From Octopus sinensis (lineage: Eukaryota), in the NCBI RefSeq assembly GCF_006345805.1, contig NC_043001.1, positions 14,198,001-14,262,000 of the forward strand: a stretch of 64,000 bases of DNA. The letters run 5' to 3'. Position numbers and translations under genes: made by a program. Below are positions 11,624-24,343 of the stretch, in pieces (within the stretch, counting starts at the first letter, position 1; the number at the start of each line of letters is the position of its first letter). The notes below the pieces were generated by a model. That model did not search any database. It had not been told where the DNA came from and saw nothing but the letters and a program-made list of their open reading frames with translations.

Positions 11624-13369
11624 TGTGTGTGTGTGTGTGTGCGTGTTTGTGTGTCTGTGTTTCTGCCCCCAACATCGCTTGACAGCAGATGCTGGTGTGT
11701 TTATGTCCCCGAAACGTAGTGGTTTGGTAAGAGATCGATTGAATAAGTACTAGGTTTTCAATGAATAAGTCCTGCGGTCGACTAAAGGCAGTGCTCCAGC
11801 GTGGCCCCAATCAAATAATTGAAACAAGTAAAAGAATATATAGAGATATAAACTTAGATAAACTTAGACATGTTTCGACCAAAGATTGGTCCAGGCCATG
11901 TCTAACTCAATAGCACCACCTGATAGGATTATCTAAATCCTTTTTAAGTTTTGTTTATGGTCCATTCAAGTAGTGAGTTCTTGTTGAGTGAGTTGTATCC
12001 AATTATGGGTGGCTTCTCTGGTATTCTTTGAAGAATTCTGTTCAGACTCCGTTTAAAGGTGATGCGATCCTTTTCCTCTTTGATCAGTTTTGGGACAATG
12101 TTAAACAGGGCAGGGCCTGTTGAGGAAAAGAAATTGTGTCGCAGTGTACCTATATGTTGTGATCCTGAATTGGATAGGGGACATATAGTCCGTGGTCCAA
12201 GCCTTGGATGAACCTTGAAACTAATGTTCATGTTGTTTGGGCAATGTTGGTGGTATATTCTCCACATCGTACAAATGATGTACCGCTCGCCGCAGGGCTG
12301 GAGAGAGTAGAGTTTCAAGGCTTTAAAGCAGTCCCAATGATCGAGATCAGTCATGCCTTCAATTCGCTTAGTGAGTACCCTCTGAGGTGATTCAATCCTC
12401 GAGATGTTTTGTTTTGTATGGGAAGACCGCAAGGGTCAGCAATATTCGAGGTGTGACCATACAAAAGAGGAGAAAAGTGGAATGATGACACCCTGTATAA
12501 ATATATATATATATATATATATAATAGACAATTTCTATTTGTAAATCTTTCAAAGAGAGACATTCCATTCAGTAACAGTACCCTAGAGTAAAGATTATTT
12601 GTGGTAGTCCTGGTTTAGGACGAATGTTACTGTTATTTACCCCCAGAAAACATCAACCATGTTTCCTGGGGTTAAATAGCAATAGAGTTCGTCCTGAACT
12701 AGGACTGCCACGCTATGTTGGCAAATGATCTTCAATATATATATATATATATATATATAACAGTATTTCGTCTGTCTCGAGGTCAACTTAGCTTTTCATC
12801 CTTTCGGATTCGATAAATTAAGTACCAGTTGTGTACTGGGGTCGATCTAATTGGCTGGCCCCCTCCCCTAAACTGTTAGGCCTTGTGTTTAGAGTAGAAA
12901 AGAATATATATACCTGAAGGGTAGATAGATAGATAGATAGATAGATAGAAAGTAGTGTCAGCCGCGATTATAGGCAGTACGTCAGTTTCATGCATGTATG
13001 TGTGTATATGTATGCGATTATTTGTACCTGTGTGTGTGTGTGTATTTGCATATATGTGTGTAGTGTCCTATAGAGTTCTGTATAATAATTCTTTGCGGTG
13101 AGACATTGAAAATCTATGAAATCTTGTCTGAAACTGCAAATTAGTTGGAACTCATGAGACGGAGAATGTAAATTTGAAACTTTGAATATTAATAATAATA
13201 TATATAAAATGAAAAAAAAAGCAATGGAGGGGGAGGGGGAGGGGAAAGGTGTGAAAGAAATCACGGTTTTGTGTTTTCTTTATGTTCTTGTGTTCTTCCT
13301 GCTGTTTTTTTTTAGGAAAATCGAATTCATCCTAGCGCTTCATACATACCTACACATATATAAGAGTAT

Positions 13370-13437
13370 CATATAATATATTATATATATAATACATATA
13401 TATATATATACATATAATATAATATATATATATGTGT

Positions 13438-13473
<36 letters not shown>

Positions 13474-13948
13474 ATATATATACATTATGATATATATACA
13501 TATAATATATACATATATATATATACATATAATATAATATATACATATACATATATATATACATAATATATATAACATATATATATATATATATACACTT
13601 ATATATTATACATTATATTAATATACTATATATATATATACATATATTATATAATACACATATATACATACATACACATATATATACCACATATATATAT
13701 ATATACACATATATACATACATCAATATATATACCACTATTATTATATACATATATATATATGTATATACATATATATATCACATATATATACAACATAT
13801 ATATATGCACATATATACACACACACATATATACACACACACATATGTACACACACACACAGAGGATAGACAAAGAGGCATATAGGTATACATATACACA
13901 TATATATAATCATATATATAAATATACATATATATATGTATATATATC

Positions 13949-13992
<44 letters not shown>

Positions 13993-14185
13993 TATATACA
14001 TATATTATATGTGTGGTATATAATATACATATGTATATGCATATGTGTATTCATATATATATGTAAATATGTGTGTATATATACGTGTATACAGAGACAG
14101 ACATATATTAAGGCATATATATACACACTTATATTAGCGAATATGTATGCATGTAAGTGCTTATATACATAATATATACACACAC
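13370..14185. repeat. Compound (TA)n/(TACA)n microsatellite
   Basis: Direct inspection. Confidence 0.95.
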
Positions 14186-14739
14186 CCTTTTAGAAATCGT
14201 AGAAAAATTGTAATAACAACAATGGATTCCAATAAATTATTTACGCAAATTTTTCTTTGATTTTTTTTAGGTTTTTTTTTTTCATATTCTTTTATTTTTT
14301 TCCAGAGGAATATTCAAAGTTTATATTATTAACTCCTATGAAAGTGAAAGTTGAAAAAAAAATAACTTTAAATGAATATAAATAAAGCATATTTGAAACC
14401 ATGGGTGAATACGAATTTAAAAGACAAATGCAATTTCGAAATTATAAATTAAATAAGTAAATATATAAACAAATAATAACAGAAACACTCTGCAATAACT
14501 TTTAAATTATTTTAAGTCGAAAAATTTTACCAAATCAAGAATTTATATTTATATTTTAATTCAAATAGTTGGAATCCTTATGAAATAAATTTTTTTTAAT
14601 TTTTTTTTTAGATGCTCGTGATAATAAAACTTTAAGTTATCAATAAAAAATAGTATTTTAGAATATTTCATATTATTTATCTAAATATATATATATATCT
14701 ATCGATTTGTGGGGTGGGGTGGTCGGTGGTTGGTGGTAG

Positions 14740-15810
14740 TGATTGAGGTTGTGGGGTGAGAGTGGTGGTGATGGTGGTGGTTGTGGTGGTTATTGTGGTT
14801 GCGTTGGTAGTGGTGAGAGAGGTGCTAGTAATGAGAGTGGTAGTGGTGGTGGTGATGGTACTTGCAGTTGTGGTGGTGGTTGTAGTGGTACTGTAGCGGT
14901 GTGGTGAATGGAGTGGTGGATGTCGTCTGATGGTGACTGTCGCGTGGTGATCGCAGTGATGTGGTGGCGGTTATACTGGTGCCGGTGCTTATAAATGCTG
15001 CTGGCGGCATCCGTGGTGGTGGTATCAACGGTGGCGACAGCAGCGTTGGGGACGATGATGATGATGATGCTGACGGTGTAATGGTGGTGGTGGTGGCGGC
15101 GGCGGCGGCGGTGACGACGGTGGTGTTGGTGGTCATGATGTTGAAGGTGGTGATAGTTGTGATGGTGGGGATGGTGGTGGTGGTGGTGGTTGTGGTGGTT
15201 GTGGTGATGGTGGTGGTTGTAATGGTGGTGATGGTGGTGGTTGTAATGGTGGTGGTTGTGGTGATGGTGGTGGTTGTAATGGTGGTGGTGTTGGTGGTGG
15301 TTGTGGTGATGGTGGTGGTTGTAATGTGGTGTGGTGGTGGTTGTGGTGGTTGTGGTGGTGTTGTGTGTGGTGTAGTGATGGTGGTGGTTGTAATGGTGGT
15401 TGTGGTGGTGGTGGTTGTAATGGTGGTGGTGTGGTGGTGGTTGTGGTGGTGGTTGGTGTAATGGTGTGGTGGTGGTGGTGTGTGGTGTGGGGGTGTGGTG
15501 TAATGGTGGTGGGTTGTGAATGGTGGTGGTTGTAATGGTGGTGGTTGTAATGGTGGTGGTGGTGGTGGTGGTGGTGGCGGTGGTGATGGTGGTGGTATGT
15601 GGTGTTGGTGGTGCTGGTGGTGGTGGCGGCGGCGGCGGCGGCGGTGACGACGGTGGTGTTGGCGGTCGTGATGGTGGTGATGGTGGGGATTGTGATGGCA
15701 GCAACTACAGCAATGGTGGCGACTGTATCTGCATCTGATGATGATGATGATGACGCCGACGACGACAATGACGACGACGATGATGATGATGACAATGATG
15801 ACGACCATGA
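14740..15810. repeat. (GGT/TGT/GAT)n triplet low-complexity tract with an internal duplicated block
   Basis: The block ggcggcggcggcggtgacgacggtggtgttgg occurs near 15095 and 15625; open frames on both strands come from triplet periodicity. Confidence 0.9.
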
Positions 15811-16284
15811 TGACCACATGTACATCAGATTGACCACAAATACCAACAGCTTCTTTTAAAATCCATTCGCACAGACATCAGCTCTCTTCCATTTCGTTGG
15901 GCGACACGTGACTCGTCTAACAACATCGCTATTACTTTAGCTAACTTCTGCAATGCCCATCTCTTTTTTTTTCCTTCAGATCATTTCTTTCCTAGAGACG
16001 TGGCAACACATCACATGTTGCCTCAACTTCACAACGTGGATACGAATAAGATACGAATAAAGATATGAGTTGAAACAGAACTATGTAATTTCAACAGCTA
16101 CGGAACAACAGGAATTGACTTGACATATTCTTTAAAGAAGCATTCTAGCACCGTCTACTTTCCCAATAACTTAGCTATGGAGAATACAAAACCTTGAGCG
16201 GTGCCACCTATGTCCAGGCGGTAAGTTACTTTGAAGCCCCACTTCAATTGCTTCCGTCCTACACACACACACTATATATATATA

Positions 16285-16315
<31 letters not shown>

Positions 16316-16380
16316 CTATATATATATATTTATTGAAATGGATAAATGATTATCTTGTTACGGAGATTTAAATTCCTGGA

Positions 16381-16464
16381 TTTTCCTGAAGAGAAAGCTG
16401 CAAAATGGTCTCCTTATTCAATCCGAATTTGGAAATTTGCAGCCTTTGAAACATGTGTAGAAAA
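16381..16464 (+). ncRNA. Type-I hammerhead ribozyme, canonical core
   Basis: TTTTC-CTGAAGA-G-AAAGCTGCAAA/TTTGCAG(C)CTTT-GAAA-C-ATGT-G-T-A-GAAAA. Confidence 0.82.
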
Positions 16465-16632
16465 TAATAAAAAGGAATTTTGTAGAATCTTCGTTCAGCT
16501 CCATTTCTTCTCTTCACTAAATATATATATATTTGTGAGGATAAAATTCTTTTCGAAAAAAAATCTTTTCTCCAAAAAAGTTTCATCAATGGCCAGCATA
16601 TTAAAAAATACCTTTAACGGTTAAATTTATAA

Positions 16633-16923
16633 ACAATTCATAAATGAGGGCAAAGGAAAAGAATTCTAATGCCAAATATGCCGAAAAATTAGACATATTG
16701 TCCATTAACCATATAATTTTTCACAATACGCACGCTACTCGAAAAAAGGTCGACAGAAATTTCTAAAAAATTCCATTATTACCATATCGGACCGATTTCT
16801 GTCGACCTTTTTTCGAGTAGCGTGCGTATTGTGAAAAAATTATATGGTTAATGGACAATATGTCCAATTTTTCGGCATATTTGGCATTAGAATTTTTTTC
16901 CTTTGCCTTCATTTATGAATTGT
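16633..16923. repeat. Fold-back inverted repeat, ~128-bp arms, 34-nt spacer
   Basis: 16633-16760 is the reverse complement of 16795-16923 with a few A/G differences; the right arm runs into (TA)n. Confidence 0.95.
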
Positions 16924-17035
16924 ATATATATATATATATAACAAAGGGGAAAATTAATTAATTAAGAAGTAATCAATAATTTCACCAAGTAGAATTCGGC
17001 ATGAAAAAAGGACCATTTCATGGTAAACTTAAGTA

Positions 17036-17306
17036 ATACTTAATAATTAGGGTTCAGCAAAGATTTGCTTTACCACATACCGAAGTTTAGAAATAGCAGC
17101 CAAAAAAACGTTAGCTATTTCTTCTACTTTAAAAAGGGACTCCCAGAAAAACCAAATTACTTCAAAACGAAATACTTTTCAAGTATTTTGGTTTTTCTGG
17201 GAGTCCCTTTTTAAAGTAGAAGAAATAGCTAACGTTTTTTGGCTGCTATTTCTAAACTTCGGTATGTGGTAAAGCAAATCTTTGCTGAACCCTAATTATT
17301 AAGTAT
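17036..17306. repeat. Fold-back inverted repeat, ~126-bp arms
   Basis: 17036-17162 vs 17181-17306; the right arm ends in (TA)n. Confidence 0.95.
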
Positions 17307-17341
17307 ATATATATATAGTGGAAACACTCCTGTCACAACCT

Positions 17342-17385
17342 GGGACCTTGAAGACTGCTAAAATGCAAGAAAGTATACTAGTCCC
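17342..17385 (+). ncRNA. Minimal hammerhead-like motif with a 1-nt insertion in the core
   Basis: GGGAC-CTTGAAGA-C-TGC/GCA-A-GAAA-G-TATA-C-T-A-GTCCC. Confidence 0.65.
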
Positions 17386-17578
17386 TTAATATTTTATATT
17401 CAACATTTCATCTATTCAATAAGACAATCAATACTTCATTTCATTTTACTATATATATATTATTTATACTATATATTCTATATTCTACATTAATATTATA
17501 AAGAATATAAATAAAACAAAAAAAAACAGACAGGGTAGGAATTTCTTTGAATAATATATATTACATATATATATATAT

Positions 17579-17786
17579 ATATAGAAAATAGTAAAAAGTG
17601 AAAAAACTACAGAAGGCTTGTTTTAAAAGGTTAAAAAATATATATTTGAGTCATTACGTCAGAAGAATGTTATAATTTTTTTTCATACAATGACATAGTT
17701 TCTGACATATTGACTCAAATATATATTTTTTAACCTTTTAAAACAAGCCTTCTGTAGTTTTTTCACTTTTTACTATTTTCTATATA
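17579..17786. repeat. Fold-back inverted repeat, ~85-bp arms
   Basis: 17579-17663 vs 17700-17786; the left arm starts at (TA)n. Confidence 0.92.
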
Positions 17787-17820
17787 TTCAACCACGTGCT
17801 TTCACACACCAACTTTCTCA

Positions 17821-17866
<46 letters not shown>

Positions 17867-17945
17867 GATAAGATCGTTATTTAAAATACCAATCTTATCA
17901 GGTGGCCAGCATAGGAATAAAAAACCTCATAGGTAATATTATTAT

Positions 17946-18096
17946 TGAAATTATAATTAAGGGTATCTAAGAGATACCACCATGCTAGATATAGCAGCCA
18001 AAACTTGACTCTATAACCACATTTGGTTTTAGAGTCGAGTTTTGGCAGCTATATCTAGCATGGTGGCGTCTCTTAGATATCCTTAATTATAATTTT
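17946..18096. repeat. Fold-back inverted repeat, ~68-bp arms
   Basis: 17946-18013 vs 18029-18096; the right arm ends in (TA)n. Confidence 0.92.
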
Positions 18097-18479
18097 ATAT
18101 ATATATATATATAGTCATTGGTGTGGCCTAAGTAACAATCTGAAATAGCTTGAATTTTCAGAAAAAGTAGTCAGCCAGCTGACATGCACGTTACAAATAC
18201 AATCCGTAAGCGGAACATTAAAAATATACAAAACTTTTCTCAAGTTTAACAATGCTTTTGCAACCTGCATCCTAACAACGGAGCTTCGTATGCTAGAAAC
18301 AACTCCGTCCTTACAGAAAGATTCAAGTTGTTATAAATTGAAGAGACATTTATATAAATATATACGTTTATTTTGTGTAGGAGGTGTCTTTATGTGTGTT
18401 ATTGAAAAGGCACCCCTTCATTTGTTGATGAAGTTTATTCAAAACTCTTAAACTTTCCTATATATTTGTTCATATGTAT

Positions 18480-18702
18480 TTCTTTACTGCATACAAGGGG
18501 CTAAACATAGAGAAGGGGAAACAAGGACAGACAAAGGGATTAAGTCGATCACAGTGCGTAAATGGTACTTTATTTATCGACCCCGAAAGGATGAAAGGCA
18601 AAGTCGACCTCGGCGTAATTTGAACTCAGAACGTAACGGCAGACGAAATACGGCTACGCATTTCGCCCGGCGTACTAACGTTTCTGCCAGCTTGCCGCCT
18701 TC
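18480..18702 (-). mobile_element. SINE family B
   Basis: Reverse complement of the family B consensus. Confidence 0.88.
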
Positions 18703-18885
18703 CTTTGTTCATATATCAAAAACGTTAGTGTCAAGTTTGCAGGAAAAGAAATGACATCGGACATGGCGAATTTTTGCATAGTTGATGACAGCTAAAACCA
18801 AATCTATCGATGCAATACATAACGGCCAACTGGCAGAGTGGTTTAGGCGTCGGTCAGAATGTTTCGAGGTATTTATTCCGACTCT

Positions 18886-19190
18886 GTGGAGGCACATGGC
18901 CTAGTGGTTAGAGCAGCGGACTCGCGGTCGAGGAATCGCGGGTTCGAATCTCAGACCGTGCGATGTGTGTGTTTATGAGCGAAACACCTAAGCTCCATGC
19001 GGCTCCGGCAGAAGGTAATGGCGAACTTCTGCTGACTCTTTCGCCACAACTTTCTCTCACTCTTTCCTCCTGCATCTTGCAGCTCACCTGCGATGGACCG
19101 GCGTCCCGTCCAGGTGGGGAACCTATACGCCAAGGAAACCGGGAAATCGGCCCTTATAAGCTAGGCGTGGCTCGAGAAGGAACAAACATT
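18886..19190 (+). mobile_element. SINE family C, full length, tRNA-derived head
   Basis: gtggaggcacatggcctagtggttagagcagcggactcgcgg...gggttcgaatc with A/B boxes; may correspond to a published octopus tRNA-SINE (OR-type), not verified. Confidence 0.88.
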
Positions 19191-19727
19191 CCGACTCTCT
19201 GGGTTCAAATACAGCCGAAGCCAACTTTGCCTTTCACTCTTTTGGGGTCAATAAATAAAGTACCAATCCAAGACAGTGAATTGACCGAATTATAAGAATG
19301 CCGTACCGGATGTCTTGCGATATTTGTTCCGACTCTTTATGTTCTGAGTTCAAATCCACATTCAAGTCTGCATGGTTGTTAGACTTAATTTATCGCTCGC
19401 TTCAACGCTTCAACCTGATATCATGAATGCCCTTGGTAGAGTCCACCCTATAATCAAGCATTCGGGTCACGTCTTCGCCTTCAAGATACCTTCCTCCGTT
19501 ACAATGACCAGTTTCAGAAACCTTGTAAAGGGTCATGAACGTTGCCTTCCCTCTTGACCACAAAAAACGATAATATATTCTGTGTGGCCTGATTTTGGTA
19601 TACCTTATTTCTTGTGTGCTGTAACAAATGACTAAAAATGTTTGGCAACAGGGAGGGCCTCCGATCGTAAAACATTGCCCCCAAAGTGGTAATTTTGATG
19701 AGCGGGGATTAGAAAACTATCAAGGCG

Positions 19728-20122
19728 GGGGCGTGGCTGTGTAGTAAGAAGCTTGCTTCCCAACAACATAGCTCCAGGTTCAGTTCCACTGCGTGGCACC
19801 TTGGGCAAGTGTCTTCTACTATGGCTTCGGGTTGACCAAAGTGGATTTGGTAAATGGTGTGGATTTGGTAAATGGAAACAGAAAGAAACCTGTCGTATTT
19901 GTATGTGTGTGCATGTGTTTGTGTGTCTTGATGATTGTGTTTGTCCCCTATCACTGCTTGACAACCGGTGTTAGTGTGTTTACGTCCCCCTAACTTAGAG
20001 GTTCGGCAAAAGAGACCGATAGAATAAGTACCAGGCTTTAAAAAATTAAGTACTGGAGTCGTTTCGTTCCACTAAAATTCTTCAAGGCACTGCCCCTGAA
20101 TGGCCGCAGTATAATAGATAAA
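19728..20122 (+). mobile_element. SINE family A, diverged
   Basis: Family A head, internal microsatellite, tail. Confidence 0.85.
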
Positions 20123-20327
20123 AATGGTGATGGTTACAAGGCTTAAGTCTTGTGGTCTGAATGACAGAGAAAATAGCCTTAAATATTTTTTGCTATTTGC
20201 ATATCTGCCCATAAGTAAATGGGAAATCTGTAAATTTTAATTTGGCAGACAGTAACCATCCACCACGCGATTCAGTCCTTATCACGATGTAGTGGTCTGT
20301 ATTCCTCAACGACACTGAAAACTGTGG

Positions 20328-20808
20328 TAGCAAAGCGCAAGCTCCTGAAAGAGCCCCCCCTCCCCGCCACCCCCATGCTAGAAAGGTGAAAGCATAGGTG
20401 TCTGTGGAGTACTCAGCCACTTGCAAGTTTAATCTCGCGAACAAGCTGTTCCGTTGATCGTACCAACTGGAACCCTCGTCGTCGTGCTAGCAAAGCGCAA
20501 GCTCCTGAAAGAGCCCCTCCCCCTCCATGCTAGAAAGGTGAAAGCATAGGTGTCTGTGGAGTACTCAGCCACTTGCAAGTTTAATCTCGCGAGCAAGCTG
20601 TTCCGTTGATCGTACCAACTGGAACCCTCGTCGTCGTGCTAGCAAAGCGCAAGCTCCTGAAAGAGCCCCTCCCCCCCCCATGCTAGAAAGGTGAAAGCAT
20701 AGGTGTCTGTGGAGTACTCAGCCACTTGCAAGTTTAATCTCGCGAGCAAGCTGTTCCGTTGATCGTACCAATGGAACCCTCGTCGTCGTAAGCGACGGAG
20801 TACCAGTA
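20328..20808 (+). repeat. Tandem triplication (~155-bp unit) of a SINE C 3' part plus its flank
   Basis: Units start tagcaaagcgcaagctcc at 20328, 20488 and 20640. Confidence 0.93.
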
Positions 20809-20819
20809 GTATTATAGGA

Positions 20820-21200
20820 GCACTCCGTCGGTTGCGACGATGAGGGTCCCAGCTGATACGATCAACGGAACAGCCTGCTCGTGATATTAACGTGCAAGTG
20901 GCTGAGCACTCCACAGACACGTGTACCCTTAACGTATTTCTCGAGGAGATTCAGCGTGACACAGATTGTGACAAGGCCGGCCCTTTGAAATACAGGTACA
21001 ACAGAAACAGGAAGAAAGAGCGAGAGAAAGTTGTGGTGAAAGAGTACAGCAGGGATCACCACGATCCCCTGCCAGAGCCTCGTGGAGCTTTTAGGTGTTT
21101 TCGCTCAATAAACACTCACAATGCCCGGTCTGGGAAACGAAACCGCGATCCTCCGACCGCGAGTCCGCTGCCCTAACCACTGGGCCATTGCGCCTCCACA
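20820..21200 (-). mobile_element. SINE family C, full length
   Basis: Reverse complement of the copy at 53954-54337. Confidence 0.88.
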
Positions 21201-22134
21201 ACCAGTAGTATTATCACTTCATGAACATATTCAAGTAGACACACACACGCACTTTTGTGTGTGTGCGTTATTATTCTCACAGTTAATTAATATCCTAACA
21301 TCCTGGCCAAATAATTAACCCGCCCATATTCCTGATCGTGACTTCAGCCAATTGGTTAGTTTCTGTCGTTACTTGACGTCTGTAACAGATCAGTCTCACA
21401 ATGTACAACTAAACTTTGACCCTCTCATCACTTCAGCAACGAACGGTTCAAACAGTAAAGCCAGAATCGTTTCTCATTTTTTTACTTTTTAACCGAGCCA
21501 TTTAATAAATCGTTATTTGCAATACTGTCTCGGTGAGTATTTGTCTCTGTAATTACAACTCACGTCTGCAGCTACAGATAATGTAGTTGGAGTTAAATGT
21601 CGGCTTTATAATTACAGCTTTCCTCTGTTATTAATTTTGTTAAACGATAGCCAAAATTCCACACGAAAATCTAGGTTTCCTTGTTCTTCACTGCCAAAGA
21701 TTACTCCATTTCGGAACGCTACAAAACAGGAATTAAAGCCAACAAATGTGGACAGTCTGCTAGAAATAATAACCAGGTCCCCTACCCGCTTGAATTTTAT
21801 TGTATTGTCTTATAAAAGGTTCTGGCACACGATACATCTAGCTTCGTTTTTCACGGGTGTTTGGTTCCAAAATAAAATACCGTGTTGAATAAATCAGATA
21901 AATGAATGGTAGAAAATATGGGGAAAATAGGTTTCGTTCTGAGATCCCCAAGGCATCCTGACCATTGTGGATGAATGCTAGTTGGAGGATCGCGGTTTCG
22001 ATTCCCAGACCGGGCGTTGTGTGTGTGTTTATTGAGCGAAAACAATTCAACCTATTCTTGCTCCCCATATCTGCAAAACCCTGAAACGCATTCAGAGACT
22101 ATGTTTTGTTTTTTTTACCTCGGAGCCCCTAAAT

Positions 22135-22990
22135 CAGTGGTTCTCAAGCATCTTTTTTTTTTTACCTATAGACCCCTTCGATTCCTATTCCACTCGGGTG
22201 GACCCTCATAACCATTCAATGTTTTTAAAAAATCCTATATTTCCATGATAAAATATTTATTTCTTTATTGCCCACAGGGGGATAAACATAGAGGGGATAA
22301 ACAAGGACAGACAAGGGGATTAAGTTGATTACATCGACCCCAGTGCGTAACTGGTACTTAATTTATCGACCCCGAAAGGATGAAAGGCAAAGTCGACCTC
22401 GGCGGAATTTGAACTCAGAACGTAACCGCAGACGAAATACCGCTAAGTATTTCGCCCGGCGTGCTAACGTTTCTGCCAGCTCGCCGCCTTATATTTCCAT
22501 AATAAAATATTATTAGAAATTGTATTTAAAAATCAAAATATTTTGTGTATCGAAGACGTTTAAGCGATTTATTGCACATAAATTTGAACAAGAAAATCTC
22601 ATTTGAACTTCACCATCTTAGAACATGGAAGTGCACATCGCACAATGCAATCCTCGATGGGATAGTCATGATTAGATTTTGCTTTCATAGATGGCTTCTC
22701 CAACAGGTCTGACTTGAACTAAACAACATGAACAGCAAGTTCTGAATCCATTAGTGTGCGATCACAACGAATATAACACGTTCCTTGAGTTAGGAAATTT
22801 CTCTTGTAAATCATAATTAGAATAAAACTTCGGAAATGTACTTTTAGTTGGAACAAAATCAATTACAGCGCAGAAGACACACATCAGCCATTCAAGAATT
22901 CACAGCTGTTATTTTAACTTAAAAGTTTTGTAATTTGGTGTCAGAATTTTCGTCGCAACATCTGCGACCACGTCACTGGCGCGGTTCCAC
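22135..22990 (-). mobile_element. hAT (Charlie-like) transposon remnant interrupted by a SINE B (22259-22489)
   Basis: CAGTGGTTCTCAA terminus followed by gacccc; degraded C-terminus SMKAKSNHDYPIEDCIVRCAL on the minus strand; the SINE is flanked by a ~20-bp TSD tatttccat(g/a)ataaaatatt. Confidence 0.55.
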
Positions 22991-23009
22991 TGGTTTTGAT
23001 TTGTAGCGA

Positions 23010-23111
23010 GGATGTTGACTGGTGTGTGTATATATATATATTATATATATATATATATATATATCATATATATATATATATATATATATAATTATATATA
23101 TTATATATACA

Positions 23112-23200
<89 letters not shown>

Positions 23201-23351
23201 ATATATATTATACTATATATATATATATATATACTATATATATATATACCATATATATATATATATCTATACATATATATATATATATACATATATATAT
23301 TATATATACATATATATATATATATATATACTATATATATATATATATACC

Positions 23352-23386
<35 letters not shown>

Positions 23387-23400
23387 ACATATATATATAT

Positions 23401-23432
<32 letters not shown>

Positions 23433-23463
23433 ATATATATATAATATATATACATATATATAT

Positions 23464-23515
<52 letters not shown>

Positions 23516-23525
23516 TATATATAAT
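23010..23525. repeat. (TA)n microsatellite
   Basis: Direct inspection. Confidence 0.95.
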
Positions 23526-24034
23526 AAAATACAAAATGGGACAAGAACGCAAAACATCCGGACAACTAGGTGATACAAAAGGGGACAGCAAAACATCCAG
23601 ATAGACGATACAAAAACAAGGACGGGTCATTCGAAGCCTTATATCCTCAGTCAAGAATCGGATCATCCTCGCAATTTCGGCTAATTAATTTTGAGATTGC
23701 TCCAATATATATATATACCGGTACTAGCTGAAGTACCGGTAATAATTTACCGTTAATAAGATGTCTGTTTATAGCTATAAAACATTTTTAGTCAAATTTC
23801 GACATTTTTCAAAAAATTTAAATCTATATTAATAGGCACAGGAGTGGCTGTGTGGTAAGTAGCTTGCTAACCAGCCACATGGTTCCGGGTTCAGTCCCAC
23901 TGCGTGGCATCTTGGGCAAGTGTCTTCTGCTATAGCCCCGGGCCGACCAAAGCCTTGTGAGTGGATTTGGTAGACGGAAACTGAAAGAAGCTTGTCGTAT
24001 ATATATATATATCCTAAAGACTAAAGACTCCGCC

Positions 24035-24343
24035 GGTTACGACGACGAGGGTCCCAGCTGATACGATCAACGGAACAGCTTGCTCGTGAAATTAACGTGC
24101 AAATGGCTGAGCATTCCACAGACACGTGTACCCTTAACGTAGTTCTCGGGGATAATCAGCGTGACACAGAGAGTGACAAGGCTGACCCTTTGAAATACAA
24201 GTACAACTCATTTTTGCCAGCGTGACACAGAGAGTGACAAGGCTGACCCTTTGAAATACAAGTACAACTCATTTTTGCCAGCGTGACACAGAGAGTGACA
24301 AGGCTGACCCTTTGAAATACAAGTACAACTCATTTTTGCCAGC
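24035..24343 (-). mobile_element. SINE C 3' part with an internal 61-bp tandem repeat x3
   Basis: cagcgtgacacagagagtgacaaggctg...tttttgc at 24157, 24218 and 24279. Confidence 0.88.

Larger units (their letters stand above)
10072..12510 (+). repeat. Tandem duplication of a ~1.22-kb unit (SINE A plus LINE 3' end)
   Basis: Two near-identical units offset by about 1225 bp; breakpoints fall in (TA)n. Confidence 0.95.

Noticed and set aside
14790-15859. Long His/Thr/Pro/Val-rich ORFs (up to 330 aa) on both strands
   Set aside because: Pure (GGT/GAT) triplet microsatellite; open frames on both strands are expected, with no splice or domain evidence.
18886-18960. tRNA gene candidates (SINE A, B and C heads)
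   Set aside because: They have A/B boxes but no complete cloverleaf, and each continues into a SINE body.
23620-23705. ctgagga...gaat and agccgaaattgc motifs in a (TA)n island
   Set aside because: Core elements are not in hammerhead register.
23716-23745. Possible Helitron 3' end (ccggtacttcagctagt) on the minus strand
   Set aside because: Only the terminal motif is present, with no matching 5' end.
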